DNA of 20,000 nucleotides from Tricharina praecox (lineage: Eukaryota): the NCBI RefSeq assembly GCF_024521635.1, contig NW_026250418.1, positions 857,085 to 877,084 on the forward strand. The letters are read 5' to 3'. Positions 1 to 10,104 of the stretch are shown here, piece by piece. The notes beneath the pieces were generated by a model. That model had not been told where the DNA came from and made no database searches. It worked only from the letters and a program-made list of their open reading frames with translations. The translations under genes were made by a program, and so were the position numbers. Each line of letters starts with the position of its first letter. Position 1 is the first letter of the stretch.

Positions 1-2212
1 AGCAAGTAGCCTTCCTGCAAGCATGGCTGTTCTTCGGCATGTTGTCTGAGATTTCGTCCATCTGTGGACTCTCGATCGATTTGGAGGCCGAGTTCGTAGT
101 TGCCGGGCCAGCCGGTTCCCGGAAAGTGTGCACCGCCGCACTGGACGGTCTACCTCAGCGATGGTTGGATGCAGCCGACACGCGAATACTACACGATCCG
201 ACGACGAAGCACATACTGGATTCCGATCAGGCGGCGCGGATCGTTCGGGTCGTCCAACACGCCATGTCTATGCAGACGCGATATGAGGATCCGCGGAAAA
301 GCGAATCTCGGCGCCTCACATACCCGGAATGCAAAGTTCTGCTCTCGATACGGATGGTATCGAGAGCTGCGGTGTTGACATTAGCCGCATCGGAGGCGTG
401 CGACATGGTCATCATTCGGGCCTTGATGGATCCTCAGGTGCAGCAATCATTTCCAGCGCGCTGGGATGAGCTCAAGCAATTCGCCGCAGACGAGCTGCAG
501 CGCGAAGGCTGGTGCAGAAGCGAGTGTAAGCTGTTGGAGCGCATGGACGGCTCCTACGAATTCTTTGCTACTAGCCTAAAGCGCCAGAGAATGGACCATA
601 GTCAATGCGACGACTTCAGGTGCTTGGCCGACCAAGTGAATGAAGATGTTTATGAGACGGTCCATGTCGAGCCAGGATGTCGGTGCGCATCTGTTGTCGT
701 GGACCCCGAAGAACTGCAAGCCGTCCTGGCTAAGGGTAAGGTGCCGAGGATTCTGGTTTCCGAAGACTGCCGACTTGTGGTTACGGAAAATTGCCCGTAC
801 GCCGCGATATCACATGTTTGTAAGTTGAATGACCTTTCCCGCCAGTACGAGTGCCTAGATATATTGCCGTCACTAAGAACAATTCAGGGTCTCACGGCCT
901 AGGAAACCCATTCGAAAACGCTCTTCCTCGGTGCCAAATACGGCGCCTCAACCAACACATCGCGAAACTCCAAGTCGGCGGCAGTCCCGAAGCACGGATG
1001 GCCCTATGGATCGACACGCTTTGTATTCCCGTCGCCAAAAGTTTTCGAAGTTACCGCAACAAAGCTATCGTGCTACTCGGAAAGACGTACAAGGATGCCG
1101 ACGCGGTGTTAGTCTTGGACCGAGAATTAGAGCAGCTCGATACCGAGAGAGCATCACTACTGGAGCAGGAGCTGCTCATGTCCTTTGTCGGATGGACTCG
1201 ACGACTTTGGACCCTCCAGGAAGCAGCTCAAGCCCGGAAGTTATTTGTACAGACGCTGCAAGGGCCCCAGCCGGTTGACGTTGATCATCGCGTTCCGAGT
1301 CAAGAACTGGAAGAAAAAGAACAGGCAATATCACAAATATGTTTTCGCGAAGAGATCCAAGAACTTATCCGCAACCGAATCCCTTCTTTGCCCTCCTTGC
1401 AGAAATCTACCTTTCAAACGGCGGATCGTGGCGTTGGCTTGCCGCCCATCTCGGAGATCAGTACTTCCTACCAACGTCTCTGCTTCGCTGTCAAGCACCG
1501 TTCCACTAGCAAGATGACGGATGAGGCGATCATCCTGGCAACAATCATTGGCGCGGACACGCAAGAGTTTCTCAACGTGCGGGATGTCAACTCCAGAATG
1601 TCGATATTCCATACTCTGATGCGCGAGATACCCACCGACATCATATTCGGAGACGCCGAGAGAATCGGACGTGCTCCATTTCGCTGGGCACCTCGGTCTC
1701 TGCTGAATTTCAACATTTTCCGAATCCAATCGTTCGGACCACCTGCGATATGCGATGCACATGGACTTCATGCAACTTACGAGGGCCTCGTACTGGATGG
1801 TGGTTCGGGTGCGGAAGCGGAGGAGGGTAAATACTATGCTGAGGACCATGTTACCGGGATGAAGTATACATTTGCCCTTCGCGGTGATCCCCACCGGTCG
1901 TTCAGATTACCCGAAAGACCTGCGTTTCTTCTGCGGTACTACTGCATCAATAACGATGTGGCGGTGGTAAATATCTTGCGGGCTGTGGACAACGGGGATC
2001 TTGAAGTTGGCAACAGTGCCACAGCCGCAGTTCCATACGTCGGTGGTGGGACAGACGGCACCGGTGGCACAAACTGGGTATACGAGGTGACTATTGTTGG
2101 CTACTTGGAATTGGTTGCGTCCGGCGGTTCCTGGGGTATCGACGGAGAACCTCTGACCGCAAACCTTCAGGGAGCAATGACTGGGGCAGAGCAGAGATGG
2201 CTGGTTACGTGA
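1..2212 (+). CDS. HET-domain-type protein (heterokaryon incompatibility PF06985-like), 5' end outside window, two exons visible (<1-819, 888-2212)
   Basis: Frame is open from position 3 (QVAFLQAWLFFGM). ORFs 39-902 and 851-2212 join through a GT-AG intron to give YAAISHVW-SHGLGN, followed by LWIDTLCIP, VLVLD, WTRRLWTLQEA and FRWAP motifs typical of fungal HET proteins. Confidence 0.85.
820..887 (+). other. 68-nt spliceosomal intron
   Basis: GTAAGT donor at 820, CTAAG branch-like site near 873, CAG acceptor at 887. Splicing restores the Trp codon (T|GG) of SHVW and the downstream frame. Confidence 0.85.
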
Positions 2213-3258
2213 GGGTGGTGAGGCAGTAAGTGGGTAAGATGTGTGTACTAGGGTACTATGGGAGCTTTTGCTGAGCATGATGGGCGCCTTAACCTTGTTG
2301 TCGTGAACGTCTGTCCGCCTAGACTGGTATATTTTCCTTTGCAAATCATGGCTGTGTACAGCACCCAAGAGCAGGTATGTGTTCATGTGTGCTGGTGTTG
2401 GTGTATTCCAGGTAGATAGTGTTCGTGTGCGCGACCGGGGTCCGAGATGACCGGCTGGCGGGCCTTCCACTTGGACCACGAGTGCATGCACGCATAGGTA
2501 TTTTGATTCCTTGAATTCATGCGTGGCGCTCTCGGCTGGGCTTTGGGTGATGGACCCTGAGCAGTTCCGTACAGCACACACGATTTAGTCAATGCGACGT
2601 TTTGCGGACGGCGAAGGGACTTGACTTCTCTTGAACTGGCTCAATTCCGGTTTCAGCCCTACGGCACCCCCGCCTTAACATGTAGGTACATACTCGACGA
2701 AAGTTGCAAGAGCCACCAATACATAGTTCAGATGTAAAATAATAGCCGAATACTATGTACGTACGGAGACAACAGGCGCAGTCGATTGCGTCCCACGGGA
2801 TAGGTTGTGCTGAGCAGGCCTGAAAGGTCCTCATATGATACGGTACCCAGCCTCGGCTTGAGTAACACTCTACATCATACGAGTAGCAATGAGGAGCAAG
2901 GGAAGGGTAACTACTGGTAGGCAAGTATTTCATCAAGCCACACGAGTCTTTACGTGGCAAAGCCGCTGAGCTAACGGCCGACTAAACTCAGCCCGTCGAT
3001 ACTCGTGTTGCGTGGAGCCAACGCCGACCCGTGAAGCCTGCTCGCCCGCGTAGCAGGCAAATCACTGCGCGAGGTCGCACGCGCCGCTGACGGGGTCGGC
3101 GGGGGGCTCATCACCTTGACGGCCCGATGACGGCGTCTTGGCAACTTACGCGATTCAGCCGTAAACCAGCTGATCGTTGCACCTCCGTCTTTGTACTCGT
3201 ACAGTTATGCACTTTGCCGTAGTATAGATACCCGACCGTATTTCCTAACCCATTGACC

Positions 3259-4524
3259 ATGTATCTCCCCGCATCCTCCGCAGCTGCAATGAACTCACTT
3301 CCACCAGCTCCAGTCAGTACGTCGAATCCGTCGCCCCAAGATGCCTTGCGTGAGCAGTTCGTGCGCCCGGGCGACGTGATGTCGGTCCTCCTCATTCTCG
3401 GCGGCGATGTCATCCAACGCGCGCTCGCGCAACTCTCGGGCGGCCCCGTCACTCCCGTCGCCTTTTCGTTCGGATGGGTTACCTACGCGATAAGCGCACT
3501 GCTCGCAGCCGTCGGCGACAACAAGCTCATCCCGCTGCCGGACTCCCCCGGCCTCGTCATCAACTCGCGCAGCCGCTACAGTCGCCAGAACAACTCGTGG
3601 ATCGTGGGACGCATAATCCGCGACTACGAGTTCTGGCGCGACGCGCGCATTCGACAGGCCGAAGCTGCGTTTCTCAGCAAGGCGGAGCAGGGTCGAAACC
3701 TGCAGCTCGCCAACGACGCCGCCGCCGCCGCCGCGGAAAAAAACGTTACCGTGCCACCATCCGCCTCCGATGCCAGGCCCATCCGGATCGCGCTCTCGGT
3801 TGCCGTCTACGACGCAAGCCCGCATAAACAAGCGGGCGTACCCGACCACGATTGGTTATACTACAGCGGCGTTCTATGTGCCGTTGTGCAGCTAGGAGTC
3901 GCCGCCATACCGTGGGGACTGTGGGGCGACTGGTCGATCATGATGACCACGGCCATTGGTATCACCTTTGCTTTCGCTTCCGGTTCGCTTCCGCAGTGGA
4001 AGGCCGAGAAGTACAAGTGTCGGAAAGGGACCAAGAAGACGGTGACCCTGACTCGCGGCAATGGCAACAACGATTGCATCGTCATTATCGGCGGTGGATT
4101 CGGGATGGATATGGAAGACCTGGCCGCCGGACAGGGTGTCGATATGCCGCACACGCGCATCTATACTAGCATCATGGCCGTCCTCTGGATTGCGTTGTTG
4201 ATCGCTGTCTCTGGCCTGAAGGAGAACCCCTGGTTCTTACTGGTCGTAGGAGTCATCGGTATGATTCAGAACGTCATTGTCTGTGGCGCTCCAAGGCGGC
4301 CGGGCGCTTTTGGCGTTCATATTGAGTACAGGAAGGCATTCGTGGGTGGAAAAGTTATGGAGGTGCTCCAGCAGCTGGAGGAAGAATATCCGCGTTTAGG
4401 GAGATCCCTCGTTGATACCTACTTTCCCGGCGGCCTCCGTCCCCATGAGGAGGTATACTGGAAGGAGGCGGAACAGAAGGCGGAGCTGGCGGAGAAGGCA
4501 GAGAAGGCAGAGAAGGCGCAGTAG
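3259..4524 (+). CDS. Uncharacterised fungal multi-pass membrane protein (~421 aa)
   Basis: Long intronless ORF, first ATG at 3259 (alternative 3289). N-terminal hydrophobic LLILGGDVIQRALAQL..PVAFSFGWV segment, two later hydrophobic helix pairs, poly-Ala and C-terminal AEK repeats. Confidence 0.8.
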   Translation: MYLPASSAAAMNSLPPAPVSTSNPSPQDALREQFVRPGDVMSVLLILGGDVIQRALAQLSGGPVTPVAFSFGWVTYAISALLAAVGDNKLIPLPDSPGLVINSRSRYSRQNNSWIVGRIIRDYEFWRDARIRQAEAAFLSKAEQGRNLQLANDAAAAAAEKNVTVPPSASDARPIRIALSVAVYDASPHKQAGVPDHDWLYYSGVLCAVVQLGVAAIPWGLWGDWSIMMTTAIGITFAFASGSLPQWKAEKYKCRKGTKKTVTLTRGNGNNDCIVIIGGGFGMDMEDLAAGQGVDMPHTRIYTSIMAVLWIALLIAVSGLKENPWFLLVVGVIGMIQNVIVCGAPRRPGAFGVHIEYRKAFVGGKVMEVLQQLEEEYPRLGRSLVDTYFPGGLRPHEEVYWKEAEQKAELAEKAEKAEKAQ

Positions 4525-5189
4525 GCGGGTGAAAACGGGAGGGGGACGGTCTGATGCGTCATGGCTCATGCGTTTTGTTTACGATTCTCATCGCTCACAA
4601 GTACGGATGGTGGTCTGAGCTATGATCGCGCCGGTCAGGCAGTGCAGGATTTGAGCGGGGGGGCGGGCCAAGCCGGGCCCGGCCGGGCGGGTAGGGGATG
4701 AGAAATACGAGGATTAGGGGCCGGAGGACGAAGACCCAATGGAAACATGAGAGAGGCAGGCTGAAGATAGCCTGAGCGGAGGATGACCGGTTTTCTTTTT
4801 CTGGGGCGGCGCCAATTGGCATGCTCCTTTATGTACGCTATGTATTACATAGTGTGTCCTAGAAGGACGATTATGACGATTATGATTATGACTTAATTGA
4901 CCTACACATGTTATTCCATCGGGAAACTGCGGTACTGGGGAGTAATCTCCGAAGGTAGCGATAGTTATTCAAACCCGAAGCTGCGGGTGTGATACCAACG
5001 GCGATTTCTTCTATCGTTAGTAGTCACTACGTAAGCTTGAGTGGACCCCATAGCAGCAGACAAGACTTCATTAAACAAAACAAAAACAGATGCTACACAC
5101 AGCTCCCAGCGTGAGGTACCGATATACAACAGAAAATGGGAGGATGTTTTGACCCAGTACCGCTCGTATTTGAAGCGGTGGACGACCAG

Positions 5190-7469
5190 TTATCCCATGC
5201 ACCACAGTGGAGGAACGCCATTGGGCACTCTTTCCACTTTCCCCACCGTAATCACACCCTGCTTTCCAATAAAGTTGTCAACATCGGGCTCAACGAATAA
5301 GCGCACCAATTTCAAAAACCGGCAGAACCGAGTCCCTCCGTCTTCCCTCAATATCGAGACCAGTGCATGCAACCCGACCTTGCGGTCCTGATTGAGAATC
5401 ACCGCACCCCTCCCGATTTCTAGTATCGATTTATCAAACGCCTCCAAGTCCTGTGAAAGCTCATTCCACTCCACTTGATTCTTTCCGGACTTTCGTTCCA
5501 CCGGCCTCAATGACCAATGTCGCTTTCCCGGCCCCTCGGTCAGCGAAAAGTGACGATGCGGCCATGTCGGAGGAGTTATAGAGCGGAACTCCAGGACGGG
5601 GAGGTCAAGGTAAACACCGTTTTCGTCACGCAATACATCGGCGTTTTCGGCGGTTGCAATGCGGGCGCTCTGCTGAAGGAACGATTTTGGCGCTCAACGA
5701 TACCCCGCGGTTTCGAGGCGAGGCGTCGTGCCGAATATCAGGTTCCGTGGGACACGGTCGACCAACGAATAGAAGACAGCCATGCGCTCGTCGGCACTCG
5801 CGATCGCGGTGATTTTAGAGACGTCGTATCCCAACACGGAGGTCAAGCATATGGCCTCGTCTTCTTGCCGACTGGTGCGACGGTATTGGAGCACGCGCGC
5901 AAGGTATGTGAGCTTAACCGCGACATTGCCATGCAGAGGAAGCATGAGCAAAAGACTGTAGAGTGCGTTTTCCGAGTGCCAGAGACTCTTTGGGCTTCTT
6001 AAGAGGTCTTGAAAGTGGACTGGTCCGTCCGAAAATTGGATTTGCAGCTTGTCGCCGTGATTGCCATTCTTCGAGAGCACCGCTTCCTGGTACGTCCACA
6101 GCCGCCGGAACCACGCCGAGCTAAGGATACGCGTGCATTTCTCCATACGGCTTGCGAGCCGGGAGGTGGTCATCAGGCCTGTGTCGAGAACTAGGACGTG
6201 CTCTGATTCGTAGTATGTTGTGGCGAGACGGGTGATGGCCACCTTGCGGACTTCTTTCAGACTGGGAGCAACCGGGATGCACAGCGTGTCAACCCAGATA
6301 GCGAGCTTGCAAGAACTTTTCGGTCCGGAGACGGATGGGTTGAGTTCGCTAATCATTCCTTTAATCCTCGACAACTGGCAGTATGGAAGAGAATTGTTGT
6401 GGGCATTCCCCAAGCCCTGCGCCCAGGCATGCGAAAGCGCGACGTACGGACGGTCCGTGACGACTTCCAACTGGATATTTGGGTGATTATCGACTTCGTG
6501 TATGGCCACCAGCGGGATCTGGCCTTTCCTTAGAATCGAAACGACCTGCTCGACGTCCACCGAGATATGCTCACAACCTTGACAATCCTCGGTATGTTTC
6601 GTTTCGTACGTATCCTCATCAACCTGGTTCGCGTAGCATTGGACCTTTGTGCAGCTGCTATGGTCTTGTGGGGCAGACGCCGTGCTGTTGAACGTGCGCA
6701 TACGGCTGGCAATGTACAGACTCGTCGTATCCAGCAAATCGTGCAGCATAGTAGTGGCGCTGATACACCATCCGCCTTGCAACATGCGTGCTTGTAGAGG
6801 ATTCGTAGCCCGATTGAATCCAACTTTCCCGTCGTCTGCCAGTGCCGAGTCGTACAGCGGGACATGGATCGTTATCTTCGCCAGGTTGATGAGCGATTCG
6901 CCCAGCACCTGAATGCAAAGGATGGCGTCGAGCGGAAGAACGTCGGATATTCGCCACGACGTTGGCGACACCGTGTCCTCGTACCGCGAGATCATCCCAG
7001 AGACGAGCTTGAAAAGCTTTGCAAGGTCTTCGTGAGCCTTAACGCAGGACTTTATTGTTCTCTTGCCGGCATCGATGCATTGCCCGAAGTACTGCCTGGC
7101 CGGAAAGGTGGTTATGCACTGAACGGATCCTTCGGCGGGGCGCACAACGAATTCTTCCAAATCGATGGGGACTTCAAAGATTCGGAAAGCCTCGTGCAAC
7201 ATCCCGAAGAACAACCATGCCTGCAAGAAAGCAACTTTCTCTGCGGCCGACGAAGATAGCGTCTTTCCATCTCCAGAGACGCGCACCGGCCCATCATCGG
7301 TCGTGTAGTCGATCCTCCAGCCGTGCCGTGAAGGGTAGTCGAAAAAGCCTTGCTTATCGTAGTCGTTGGGCTCGCAGAGACATGGGATCTTGGGCAAAGC
7401 GTCTCCCGGTCAGTGAATGTCGGGAACGTGCCAGAGGGGGCCCAGGACATCGGGATCCTTTTGGGGCAT
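5190..7469 (-). pseudogene. HET-domain-type paralog with two in-frame TGA stops (7412-7410 and 5696-5694)
   Basis: One frame from ATG 7469 to stop 5190: MPQKD..VPDIH*PGDALPKIP..AFLQAWLFFGM..YVALSHAW..IWVDTLCIP..WFRRLWTYQEA..GYR*APKSFL..LWCMG*. Colinear with the gene at 1-2212, where the second stop corresponds to W in RWAP. Confidence 0.8.
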
Positions 7470-8214
7470 GATGCGACGTCGTCCGAAAGACTTGTCGCAA
7501 AAAGTCAGAGACCATGGTATCAATTTTAGAACAACATACTTACCCAAGAACACTCTACTAGCGATGTCGATGGTATGTAGTAGTTATCCGGAAAAGCCAG
7601 TCCGAGTGTCAACCACAGATGGACGCAAGAATACTTCTCAACGCACAACCCCCATCTCTTGTACAACCGTGGTGACCCCGCAATTCTCACACCCGCACGG
7701 GAAAGCGAGAGTACCAATCGCGATCGAGAACCACATCTGCTAATCATATTTACAGGCAAAGCAGCTACCGTAGAGTAGTTACCGTACTGCCCAGAAGCCC
7801 CACCTGGCACGGTAGCCGCTCCGCTTAAGCGGTCGACCGGGGCGATCAAAGAGGGGCGACAAACCAATGCACAAAATTAGGCTAAGATGGGACAATCTTA
7901 GTGGAGATTACGATACGGTTAGATACGACTCACGAGTAGACCTGCTCCTGTCGAGAACCGGGAATTCGAGCCCTGCAACACACACACGGAGATTTCAACG
8001 TTCCTACTATTCTCTCAACCATAAATTTTTGGAACCCATCTCTGGGTGTTTGGCCCCATTTATCGGTCCATTGTTCCATTTTTAGGAGCATGTTCAGTGC
8101 GGGCGGCTTCACTATTCCCTGTGCTTTTGTAAGGCCTGCTATTTATTCTCACGTGATTGTCGTCAGCCACGCTAAATATCTAGGGGCTTTAGATTGACCA
8201 TCTGTTTTTTTTGG

Positions 8215-8399
8215 TTTGTTTCACATGCAAATCAAACAAATTAGCAAACCGCCAAAATTCCACGATCTTGCTGCTTTAGACTGGCATCAATTTTACATTG
8301 ACCGTTTATCTTGGGGCTTTAAACTCGCACCTATCTCTATGTAGGGGCATTTTGTTTGACATGCAAATCAAACAAATTAGCAAACCACCAAAATACCAC
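8215..8399. repeat. Two ~49-bp imperfect direct repeats (8215-8263, 8351-8399), each with an internal inverted repeat
   Basis: TTTGTTT(C/G)ACATGCAAATCAAACAAATTAGCAAACC(G/A)CCAAAAT(T/A)CCAC at 136-bp spacing in AT-rich DNA. Confidence 0.8.
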
Positions 8400-8533
8400 A
8401 GGCTTCTAGAAAGCTTGTCATTCATAACTGGCATATATAATAGCTGGACGTCACTGTGCGCTAAAAATATCTAAACTTCCACTTCGCTGGTTCCATTCCC
8501 CTTTCCACCGAGTTTTGGGCCCCAGTGTAGAGA

Positions 8534-8593
8534 TGTGAGACTGGAACGGTTCCGGAACGTCGGAGTCTTCATAGATATCGAGTATAGAAAAGA
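8534..8593 (-). mobile_element. 3' (U5) end fragment of a family-B-like LTR
   Basis: TGTGAGACTGGAACG..CGTCGGAGTCT..GATATCGAGT resembles the reverse complement of ~10007-10066. Confidence 0.65.
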
Positions 8594-8823
8594 TGTCACA
8601 GCTCGCGGCAGAACGTTCGAGGAAGAGTGGGAACAGGGGCCGGAAGGCAGTGCGGGGGCAGTGCAAGGGGCTGCGCGGGCGGGAATGCAGGAATGAGAGG
8701 GAGGAATTGGGGCTGTGTGTTGGTAGCAGGGGTAGCGCGGCAGCGCAGGCTGTGAGCCGCTGCAGCGGGGTATCAGCGAGGGGGATTTCTCAGGGTCTGG
8801 CACATGCCCACGGTCATTGTCAT
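8594..8823 (+). mobile_element. Diverged 5' (U3) part of a family-A Gypsy LTR
   Basis: Starts TGTCACAG and aligns to the reverse complement of ~13043-13272 with many substitutions. Confidence 0.85.
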
Positions 8824-8934
8824 TATAATAAAGTACACTGGGAAAGTACTATACCACTTGACCAAAAGGTATTTTGATGGCTGAAGACCATCATCCCAGT
8901 GGCCACTTAAGGCCAGGATTTCAGAACTGTGACA
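8824..8934 (-). mobile_element. Solo LTR of the TRIM-like mini-element (older copy)
   Basis: 111 bp with 7 substitutions relative to 12350-12460. Flanks GTCAT and ATGGC do not match. Confidence 0.9.
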
Positions 8935-9374
8935 ATGGCGTTGCTTGGTCAGTCGGTCAACAAAAACACAGATGGCGTCAAACCCCTTTGAGGCCGGTAG
9001 GCGAGTGACAAAGTCGACTGAGATGTGTCGCCATGGCTTCTTAGGTACTGGGAGGGGGTGCAGGACACCATAGGGTGCGTGCCGGGTGGCCTTGGTTCGT
9101 CGGCAGGTGTGGCAGTTTCGGACAAACTGGTCAACGCCCTTTCGCATCTGTGGCCAGTAGTACCTCCGAGCAAGTGGTTCCAGGGTTTTCGTGCGCCCTG
9201 GGTGCCCCATGATCGGGTGTGCTGGTTGCTGCCAACCGGAGCTCTTCCGGTAGGTTGTCAGGTTTCAGGACTGCCTGCTGGTTGGCGAGCAGTCTTTCAT
9301 CCCCTTCTTTAGGGAGGTCTCCTGACCTCCTGGTCAGTGCATCCGGTTTTCCTCCCGCTTTGCCTGGCCGGTAG
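8935..9374 (-). pseudogene. Family-A pol fragment (RNase H end / integrase N-terminus) with internal deletion
   Basis: [29 protein letters not shown] and [27 protein letters not shown] are near-identical to the pol at ~14280-14947. The segment between EELRL and MGHPG is missing. Confidence 0.9.
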
Positions 9375-10066
9375 TGTGACACCCCGATAGGTATCAGAGG
9401 TCACCACGGTCGCAAGAGATGTGATGAGATAGTTCGGGTGATTAGAATAGAGTTGCGAGCCGGAAGGATAGTTAGAAGCGATCAAGGACAAGATAGGAAG
9501 GAGGGAGCAAACGGATTCCAGAGTCTAGACAGTGATCGGAGATGCGGCAGATCGGGATAACAGTCCAGAGGGCTTTGAGATCTCCGTTCATAGGGCCCCG
9601 CAGTAGAAACTCCGATCCAGGGAAAAACTGTTATGACGAGAGAATCGAACATCGACCGACGGGGGCAGAGAACTTCGAGCGAAGAACTCTGCCGGCGCAT
9701 GAGGGAGATAATTGCTCGGAAACTCCGATCTATCTTGGGCGCGTGGTGCTTACCACCTGCCTAGTCGAGAAGACTATCCAAAGAGAGCTGACGACGACTC
9801 GAGGCTAGGCCGCGGAACTCCGATGCAAAGGAAGCAACGGAGCTACATTAGGCCGCACTCTAGAGGAATCACCTGCTCAGGATCGGAACGACTATAAGTC
9901 GAACCGAGCGGGCAACCGAACCAAAAACCACAATCATCGCACCGAACAAACCATCGAAGAAACACCCTTAAGATTATTCCGTTGTGAATTATCGAAATCC
10001 CTGACTTTTATTCTACACTCGATATCACCATAGACTCCGACGACACAAACTCGTTCCAGTCTCACA
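9375..10066 (+). repeat. 5' LTR of family-B element (~692 bp)
   Basis: TGTGACA...TCTCACA termini. The left end coincides with the break in the family-A pol fragment. The right end is supported by related inverted copies starting at 8534 and 19341. Confidence 0.65.
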
Positions 10067-10104
10067 CTGTACTCTTAAGGTTACAGTCACCGATTTCTAA
10101 CGAA

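Noticed and set aside
1907..3111. Minus-strand ORFs 1907-2581 and 2589-2960
   Set aside because: No recognisable motifs, partly antisense to the HET gene, most likely spurious.
4650..4900. G-rich tract (possible G-quadruplex) and GACGATTAT micro-repeat
   Set aside because: Short low-complexity sequence between convergent 3' ends with no independent support for function.
9370..9381. GTAG-TGT at the family-B left end as another cDNA-ligation junction
   Set aside because: The GTAG belongs to the family-A pol coding sequence (around the YR codons) and is not preceded by an LTR end.
10067..10097. Family-B LTR ending at TTACA 10085, and a defined self-priming PBS
   Set aside because: Two related copies place the terminus at 10066. 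Partial complementarities (to ~9966-9977 and 9994-10005) are imperfect and conflict, so no PBS is called.
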